Assembly (NCBI RefSeq): GCF_009914755.1
Contig: NC_060936.1
Origin: the human T2T-CHM13v2.0 reference genome, Homo sapiens
Length of the DNA stretch: 64,000 bases
Direction: 5' to 3' (one strand)
Below the pieces are notes generated by a model. It had not been told where the DNA came from, did not search any database, and worked only from the letters and a program-made list of their open reading frames with translations. The position numbers were made by a program, and so were the translations under genes. Shown here one piece after another: positions 55,472 through 64,000 of the stretch (its first letter is position 1; each line of letters opens with the position of its first letter).

Positions 55472-56352
55472 AGAGTATAAATGGGTATATGCCCTTTTCA
55501 GGGCAACTTGTCAAAATAGATTTTTTAAAAGTGTTAAGTCTATCCCTAGTATTTAACATACATAAGCATGAGTGTGGAGTTTGTTAGATGGAAAATTTGT
55601 AATATATGTTTCTTCGTATGAGTTAGTTTCTTCATACAATGTATTCAAATCTTCATTGGAAAGACTGTATACACACATGAGAGGATAACAAAAGTTCTAG
55701 TTTTTATTCTAGTTTTATTTAATAAAGGTCAAAAGTAGTTTTGGACTCAGTGTAGATATTAAAGACCTGAAAAGCATTTTGACCTCCAAACCATGGAGTT
55801 TGTCCTCATAGAAGCTTTCCCAGCATGAAAATAGTCACAACTATTTTGCAAAAAATACTTTTCGACTTAGGTATTGCAAATACTTATATATTAATATTTT
55901 ATAGATGTTCATGTCAAATTCAAATGCATCCAGAATTTAAAATAAGTAAAACCAGCTTTATTTTCCACACTTAAGTTCTTTCTTTAAAGCAACAATTTCA
56001 AGTGATTTGTTTCATCTTAGGAACAGCAGGAAATAATTATGCAATGGATTATAGAAGATATATTCTGAACAGCTAAAATAGGAAGCACATATCACTGTGT
56101 GGGTGAAAGAAAGACATTTTTACAAATAAAGGTGCACACTGCTTCTTAAATAGCTTAATTTTTTAATTAAATTTTTTATTTTCAATAATTGTAGATTCAT
56201 ATGCCATTGTGAGAAATCATAGAGTGCACTCATGTTTCTTTTTCCTAGATTCCCTCAGTGGGCACATCTCACAAAATTATAGTGCAACATCGTAAAAAGG
56301 ACAAGAAACAGAGCAGTTCCATCACCACGAGGATCCCTCCCATTGCCCTTTT

Positions 56353-56637
56353 TTTTGAGAGGGAGTCTCGCTCTGCCGCCCAGGCTGGAGTGCAGTGGCG
56401 AGATCTCGGCTCACGGCAAGCTCCGCCTCCCAGGTTCACGCCATTCTCCTGCCTCAGCCTCCTAAGTAGCTGGGACTACAGGCGCCCGCCACCACGCCCG
56501 GCTAATTTTTTGTATTTTTAGTAGAGACGGGGTTTCACTGTGTTAGCCAGGATGGTCTCAATCTCCTGACCTCGTGATCCACCCACCTTGGCCTCCTAAA
56601 GTGCTGGAATTACAGGCGTGAACCACCGCGCCTGGCC
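56353..56637 (-). mobile_element. AluY with very short tail
   Basis: gcaagctccgcctcccaggttcacgccattctcc; ttagccaggatggtctc; 13-bp TSD ccattgccctttt at 56340-56352 and 56638-56650. Confidence 0.95.
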
Positions 56638-57511
56638 CCATTGCCCTTTTATAGCTACACTCACTTCTCTCCTGCCCCCACCTCCACCTTAACTCCTGGT
56701 AACTACCGATCTGTTATCCAGTTCTACAATTTTGTCACATTAATAATGCTATATTAATAGGATCACACAGTATGTAACCTTTTAGGACTGGCTTTTCTCA
56801 CTCAGCATACTTTTCTGCAGATTCATCCAAGCTGTTGTGTGTATCAATAGCTTGCTCCATTTTATTGCTGGATAGTATTCAATGACATGGATGTTTAACC
56901 ATTCACCCAATGAAGGACATCTGGGTTGTTTCCAGTTTTTAGCTGTTATGAATAATGCTGCTATAAATATTTGTGTACAGATTTTTCAGTGAACATGTTT
57001 TCATTTATCTGGGATAAATTCCCAGAAGTACAAATGCTGGTTGGTATGGCAGTTCAATGTTTAATGTTTTAAGAAACTGCCAAACTGTTTTCCACAATTG
57101 CTGTACAATTTTACATTTCCACCAGCAATCTATGAGCTTCTCTGTATCCTTGCCAGCATTTAGTGTTGTCACAATTTTTTATTTTAGCCCTTCTGATAGG
57201 TGTGTAGTGATATCTCATTGTGGTTTTACTTTGCGTCTCCCTTGTGGATAATGATGTTGAATATCTTTTCTTGTGCTTATTTGCTGCCATCTACATATCC
57301 TCTGCAGTAAAACGTCTCTTCATGTCTTCTGCCCATTTTCTAATTGGATTATTTTTATACTATTGAGTTTTGAGAGTGCTTTATAAGTTCTAGATATTAT
57401 TCTTTGTTAGATATGTGATTTATAAATATTTTCTCCAGTATGTACCTTGTCTTCTCATCTTCTTAATAGGGTTTTTCACAGAGCAAAAGTTTTTAACTTT
57501 AATGAAGTACA

Positions 57512-57736
57512 TTTTTTTTTAACCAGAGGTGCTAGTCACACCTTATTCTTTGATAGAGCATAAACAGAGGTGGGGAGGGAGACAGTGCAAAGGGAGAAGG
57601 GCAGGCTCTTGAGAGCGAGGTTACTGGCATGCAGTCAGGCCCCCTCTGATTTGGGGACTATCACTTCTTAAACACATGCTCTGTGGCCGTTGCCATGCCA
57701 AGCTCATTTATATTTGGGAGGAAGGAGAGGATCAGG
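57512..57736 (-). pseudogene. Probable retrocopy of an mRNA 3' end (source gene not identified)
   Basis: Non-L1, GC-richer insert interrupting L1. Minus strand ends AATAAG, 21 nt, then A9; L1 resumes after a degenerate TSD. Confidence 0.6.
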
Positions 57737-58413
57737 ACAATTTATTTTTTTATGGATTATGTCTTTGGTATCAAGTATAAGAACTCTTTGTCTAACTCTA
57801 GATCCCAGAAATTTTTTTCCTATTTTTTTCTAAAAGTTTTATAGTTCTATATTTTAAGTCAATTATCCATTTTGAATTAATTTTTACATAAGCCATACGA
57901 CTTAGGTCAAGTTTCAACTTGTGGCCTGTGTATGTCCAACTGCTCCAGCACCAGGCTATCTTCCCTCCACTGAACTGCTTTTGTACCTTTGTCAAATAGC
58001 AGTCAGGTTTATGTGTATGGGTATATTTCTGGGTTCTCTCTTCTGTCCTATTGATCTAAGTGTCTATCCCTTCACTGATAATACTACATTGTCTTAAGTA
58101 CTGTAGCTATAAAATAAATCTTGAAACTGGATAGACTGATTCCTCCCACTTTTTTCTTCTCTTTCGATTTTTTTTTAGTTATCCTAGTTACTTTACGTAT
58201 CTATGCAAATATTAGAATAATCTTATATTTACAAAAAAGTGTTGCTGTGACTTTGATAGGAATTATGTTAAATCTAAATATCAATTTGGAACAATTTACA
58301 TCTTTGCTACACTGAGTCTTCTAATCCATAAACAGGTATGTCTTTCCACTTCTTTGAACATTTTTTTTCATCAGTGTTTTGTAGTTTTCAGTATACAAGA
58401 CCTGTACATGTTA

Positions 58414-58997
58414 AAGAGGAGTTCACCGAGGCTCATAATCAAACTATCAAAAATTAAAGACGAAGAAAAAATTCTGAAAGCAGCAAGAAGTAAGAAACAT
58501 ATCACATACAAAGAAGTCCAATGTAACTATCAGTGGATTTATCAGGAAAAACCCTGCAGGCTAGGAAAGGGGTAGGATGATATCTTCAAACTGCTAAATG
58601 AAAACAAATTGCCAACCAAGAATACTTAAATCAGTTAAGCTGTCCTTCAGAAATGAGAGAGAAATAGTAACTTTCCCAAACAAAAGCTAAGGGAGTTCAT
58701 TATCACTGGGCCTGTTTCACAGAAATTACTAAAGGGAGTTCTTTAAGCTGTATCAAAAGGCCACTAATTAATACCATAAAACATGCAAAAGCACAACACT
58801 CAATGGTATAAGCATTACAGAATCATATTCAGAATACTCTGGACAAAAATGTTGGTATGCAAAGCAATTTTATCTCTAGTACAATGGTTAATAGACATCT
58901 ATTAAAACAACTATAAATAAAATAATCAGGGGATACAAATTACAAAATGATGTAAATTTTGACATCCAAAACATAAAATGAGGGATTTGGATAAAAG
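58414..58997 (+). mobile_element. L1 ORF1 3' half and inter-ORF spacer, opposite in orientation to the host L1
   Basis: KRSSPRLIIKLSKIKDEEKILKAARSKKHITYK (ORF 58354..58575) is L1 ORF1p-like; tgtta at both junctions. Confidence 0.85.
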
Positions 58998-60334
58998 TGT
59001 TAGATTTATATCTAATTATTATTTTTTCTTTTTGTATTTGTGATTATAAATGACCTTGTATTTTTAATTTCTGTGTATATATGTTCATAACTAGTTCACA
59101 GAAATACAATTTTTTTATGTGTATCTTGCATCCCGTGACCTTGTCGAGCTCACTTATTAGTCACAGGAGTGCTGTTTTTGTTTTGTTTTGTTTTGTTTTT
59201 TAGCTTGCTTCGGATTTCTATGAAGACAATCATGTCATCTGCAGATAGGAAGTTTCAGTTTTCCTTTCCAAATCTGTATGCCTTTTATTTTTTTGTTTTT
59301 CTTCTTGGCACAGGTTAGAGCTTCCAGCACTATGTTGAGTGACAGTGGTGAGCACAGTGGACATCCTTGCTTTGTTCCTAATCTTAGAAAGAAAGTCTTC
59401 ATGTTTTTACCATTAAGTATAATGTTAGCTGTAGATTTTTTATAGATGCTCTTCATCAAGTTGAGAAAATTCCCCTCAATTTCTATTCTTTTAAGAGGTC
59501 TTAAAACACAAAACAACATGAATGGGTGTTGAATTTTGTTGAATGCTTTCTGTGTATCAATTAATATCATTATGTGGATTTTCTTCTTTATTGATTTCAA
59601 ATATTGAATGAGTTATGCATCCCTAAAATAAACCTCACTTTGTAATTGTATATAATTTTAAAAATACATTTCTGAATACTATTTGCTAATATTTTGTTAG
59701 GAATTTTTTGTCTATATTCATGAGGAATATTGCTCTGGGGTGTGGGTGTATGTGGAATTGGGAATACTAGGTCATAAAATGAATTAGAAAACATTCCCCC
59801 ATTTTCTTTTTTCAAGACAAGATTGTTTAGAGTTAGTGTTAATTCTTCTTTAAATGTTGTTATAATTCTCCAACAAAACAATGTGAGCTTGGAGATTTAT
59901 TTTTTGAAAGCTTTTTTGATTATGAATTCCATTTCATTAATAGTTGTAGGGCTATTCACATTATGTATTACATATTGGGTAAATTGTGGTAGTTTGTTTT
60001 AATAATTGATCCATTTTAGCTAAGTTGTCAAATTTATGTATGTAGAATAGTTTGTAATATTCCTTTATTATCCTTTTGATGTCTTCAGGGTCTGTAGTGA
60101 CATCCCTATTTTATTCCTGATATAGGTAATTTGTGTCTTTCTTTTTTCTTTCAGTTTCACTTGAAGAACAGTAGAAAATAACAATATAATGATTTACAGA
60201 AGATATGTTCCTAGCAGCCAAAATATTAATAAAAGCTTATATTGCTGTATACGTGAAAGAAAATTTTTACAAATAAGAGTGGGCATTGCTTTTGGTTTTT
60301 AACTTCTCAAAGGTCATTCTGCTTTCTAATTCTT

Positions 60335-60624
60335 GTTTTTAGAGATAGGGTCTCACTCTATCCCCCAGGCTAGAGTCCAGTGGTAAAATCATATCTTACT
60401 GCAGCCTCAATCTCCTGGGCTCAAGCGATCCTCCCACCTTAGCCCCCTGAGTAGTTAGCAATACAGGCACACACCACCGTGTCCAACTAATTTTTTAAAA
60501 CTCTTTGTAGATATATGGTCTGGCTATGTTGCCAGGTTGGTCTCAAATTCCTGGCCTCAAGTGATGTTCCTGTCTTGACCTCCCAAAATGCTGGGATTTC
60601 AGGCATGAGCCAGCACACCCAGCC
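60335..60624 (-). mobile_element. AluJ
   Basis: gcagcctcaatctcctgggctcaagcgatcctccc; perfect 15-bp TSD tgctttctaattctt at 60320-60334 and 60625-60639. Confidence 0.94.
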
Positions 60625-62396
60625 TGCTTTCTAATTCTTAAGTCATCTCTTTACTATTATAATAATAGTGCCCATGAAATACATTCTGTTTCAGGTATCC
60701 TACCTTTTTTTCATCTAAATCCTACAAAAACTCCACAGATGGGCAGACAGGGAAACTGAGTGTCAAAGATACTCAGTAACTATTGGACAGCTTTAGAATC
60801 CAGCTCTCTCAACACTTAAAAGCCATGAATACACTTTCCATTACATCATTCTGTCTTTTTGCTATAATTACCCAAAATGTCTTCCTATACAATAAAAATA
60901 ACAGAACTTTTTTAGCTTAATGATAGTTTAAAAGAATATTTTCCCCAGAGTATCTGTAAAAGCATTTACCACGAGGGTTATCACAAAGTAATAAATATGT
61001 TAGTAGGTAGAATAAAGTTAAGGTTTAAACCAGAAAGATGTGACAATATAAGTACTTCTGTGAATAAATTTAAGATGATGTGAAGTTTTAAGAATAAGCA
61101 CATAGCACTTCCCCTGGAGTAAAATATAATCAGGGTCATAAAAATTTGTGTCATAATATGATAGCAATAAGTTTTAAAGTGAAGATAAGTATTACAATTA
61201 ATTTTAGCTAACAAGTTCAACTCCTTTTCTGCTATTTTTCTAAAACAGTTATAAAAATGCCCATTAATAAAAGTTTGTCTTTTTTTCCTGACTCATTCCT
61301 GGCAAAGGAATATTCAAAAGGTTGATATGAAGGGGTATAAGTATATAAAGCAAGTGTTAAAAAATACATAAACTCAGTAATAAGCTTCTAAATAATCAAG
61401 AATTGTTATGATTTGTATGTAAATTTCATTTGGATTTCCCTCAAGGAAACAAAATCATTAAGTTCTGAAATAGTCTCTAATTCTAAAACTCCTTTCTTCA
61501 TCTTCATATCAATGAAAAAATTGGTATCCTCAATTAAAAAGTACCTTTATGTTTCTAACTAATTCCTATGGGTTAAACTTATTAACACATATTTGGGAGA
61601 CAAAATAGGATTTGCAGCAAAGTAGAATTGGATTCAGATCCTAATGTCGGTATTTACAGTTTAGTATTTGCATTCACAAAATGAGGATTATATAAGCCTC
61701 CCCACAGAATTATTGTCTGGATTAATTGAGATAATGTAAATGAAAGACTAGAATAAGGCCTAAATTAGTAAAGGATTGATAAGTATTCATCTTCTTCTCC
61801 CACTGTAATATTTTAGTATAAGTAGGATCTAACTGAAAGAAGACATTGATGAGTTAAATCATAAGGCAGCCCTCCTAATAAATGGCAGAATCACCAAATT
61901 ACATGAACAGTCCAGCAGAATCTCCCTGACACAATTTACAGAGGTGAAGGTTGAAGGAAAAGAGGAAATCAATAGGTTCGGAAGAAAATACAGCACACAG
62001 ACTTATTTTATCAGTGTTTAAGAGAGCTGCCCTGGAAATTGCAGTAAGAGCTCTAAGTAGAAACCTTCCGGGGGCGTCTCTGATGGGAAATAAGTGGCAG
62101 AGACCCTGGTAGAACCTCTCTAAATAGCCCACCATCTCTGATTTGGAGGAGTGAGGGCTCATGGCAATGAGGGACCACAGAGAAGGGGGAAAAAGAGGAG
62201 AAGATACACTCCAATTAATCACAATAAGCCTTTTTAGAAAGCATGGCATTAGGAGGTTAAAGAGCCCCTGTGGTGACTTGTTTACAGGAGCAGAAAGTTA
62301 AGAGGCTGTTAGGAGCTTGAAGAGGAAACATCAGACTTCAGCTTCTGAGAAAGAAGTTAGTCATTAGACATATTTTGCTTTAGAAACAAACCCAAG

Positions 62397-62805
62397 TGAT
62401 ATAGTTTGAATATATGTCCCCATCAAATCTCACACTGAACTGTAATCCTCAGTGTTGGAGGTGGGGCTTGGTGGGAGGTGACTGGGTCAATGGGGCAAAT
62501 CCTTCATGTCTTGGTGCTGTCCTCGTGGCAATGTTTTCACAAGATCTGGTTGTTTAAGTGTGTGGCACCTCCCCACCAACCCCACTCTCTCTCTTGCTCC
62601 TGCTTTTGCCATGTGATGTGCCTGCTTGCACTTCACAACTTCTGCCATGAGTAAATGCTCCCTTAGGCCTCCCCAGAAGCCAAGTAGACGGTGGAGCCAT
62701 GCTTGCACAGCCTGCAGAACCATGAGCCAATTAAATCTGTTTTCTTTATAAATTACCCAGCAAAGCAGGCATTTCTTTAGAGCAATGCAAGAATGTCCTA
62801 ACACA
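62397..62805 (+). mobile_element. MSTA/MSTB (MaLR) solo LTR
   Basis: TG...CA termini (tgatatagtttg...cctaacaca), cagcctgcagaaccatgagccaattaaa; 5-bp TSD ccaag on both sides. Confidence 0.93.
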
Positions 62806-63879
62806 CCAAGCAAAACATAAAGATGGATGTTAATGTGCCCTGGTGCAATGGCATCACCAAACACAGATAAGACAGCACAAAATAATTCTTCTTGATGGGA
62901 CTGCTCATTCATGACTCTGTCATCTTCTCCACTTACCAGATTTAAGAGAAATAACCAGCACTATCCAATATTAACTAAAAGATAGACGCCATTCTTTCCC
63001 TCAAGCACCTCATATTTTAGTGAGAAAGCTATGAAAGAGGAAGGTGAAAAGTCCTATGAAGAAATAGAACTTCCTATGAAGACATATAACCAGGGATCTA
63101 ACCTAATTTGGAGTGTAAAGAGAAGCTTCTTTAAGGAAGTAATCTTTCAGCTGCCACCTGAAGGAGATGTAGAAATTAGCTAAGTGAAAGCAGTGTGAGC
63201 GGGTTAAAATGAAGTGTCCAAGTCAGAAGGAACATGAAATGCCGTAATCCTGATGTTTACAGCAGGAAAAGATACAGACAGCACATGTAAGGAACTAAAA
63301 GGTGGTTGATGTGTTCGGGATACAAAAAGGAAGAAGAAGAGAGAGAATGGGCACATCTTTCCAGAAGTTTGTGAAATCGAATAAAATTTGCATAGCTATG
63401 GGAGATACTATTCTATGATGGCATTGACTTGAGTACATTAAAATGCTGATGGAAATGAGGTGGTAAAAAGAGATATATTAAAGAGATAAGAACAAAAAGG
63501 AATTGAGAGTAAAAATTTCCTACAAAGGAGGTAAGGGTGGAATTTAGAGAATGTGTGAAAAGTTTGATGTTTAGAGAGGCAGAGGAATGCCTTCAGTTTA
63601 ATAGGATGGAGAAAGAAATGAAGAGGTTCAGAAAGGTTTTAAACATTTTTTGGCAAAGTATTGAGGTAATTCCTTGTTGATGACTTCCAGTTTCTCTGGA
63701 AAGTGAGGATTAAATTATCTGAGTAGACTAGGAGGAAAATCAGGTATCTGTGAAGAGTAAAATTCAAAAGTCATTAGGAAAGTTGGCATGCAAGCTAACT
63801 GGAGAAATTTAGGTCTGCTGAGTAGTGTTAAGGGCCCAGAAGAGATTGAGAACTATGAATTTATAACATTAAAATAAGA

Positions 63880-64000
63880 TTATGAAAAAATTCAACATCA
63901 CTGATCATTAGAGAAATGCAAATCAAAACCACAATGAGATATCACCTCACACCAGTCAGAATGACTAATATTACAAACTCAAAAAATAACAGATGTTGGC
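63880..64000 (+). mobile_element. L1P ORF2 fragment running off the window end
   Basis: catcactgatcattagagaaatgcaaatcaaaaccacaatgagatatcacctcacaccagtcagaatg. Confidence 0.9.

Larger units (their letters stand above)
56155..60155 (-). mobile_element. L1MC/MD element, ~4 kb (3'UTR to RT region), with three nested insertions
   Basis: Degenerate RT peptides ILIDTQKAFNKIQHPF and GTKQGCPLCSPL (ORF 59235..59600); INSKWIIDL (ORF 57798..57995). Confidence 0.9.

Noticed and set aside
59235-59881. Reverse-transcriptase-like ORFs
   Set aside because: Frameshifted remnants of old L1 ORF2; not a functional RT or retron-like system.

Overview
AT-rich primate (very probably human) genomic DNA, largely interspersed repeats: Alu J/S/Y, L1PA/PB/MA/MC, L2, MIR, MaLR/ERV LTRs, and hAT and Tc-mariner MITEs. 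The one convincing coding segment is a 181-nt minus-strand exon (49099-49279, AG/GT bounded) encoding PKQRTSIVSSLDFHRMNHNQEYFEINTSTGCTSFTASPPASPPTSSVGTTEVKNEGTNHT. I recognise this from memory as the linker between the ankyrin and SAM domains of ANKS1B (AIDA-1/EB-1), so the rest of the window is intron of that gene. Nearly all other listed ORFs are repeat-derived or chance. I see no new multi-gene system. Best leads: (i) candidate unannotated sense-strand cassette exons phase-matched to the ANKS1B exon (a 178-nt poison-type exon at 35544-35721, a 57-nt in-frame exon at 8935-8991, and a weaker 45+150-nt pair near 46 kb); (ii) an unexplained ~100-bp-arm inverted repeat at 13100-13356; (iii) an orphan polyadenylated retrocopy inside an L1 at 57512-57736; (iv) a very young truncated AluY forming a close inverted Alu pair; (v) two atypical tail-less L1 insertions. 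Repeat subfamily names come from memory of consensus sequences, and boundaries without target-site duplications (TSDs) are approximate.
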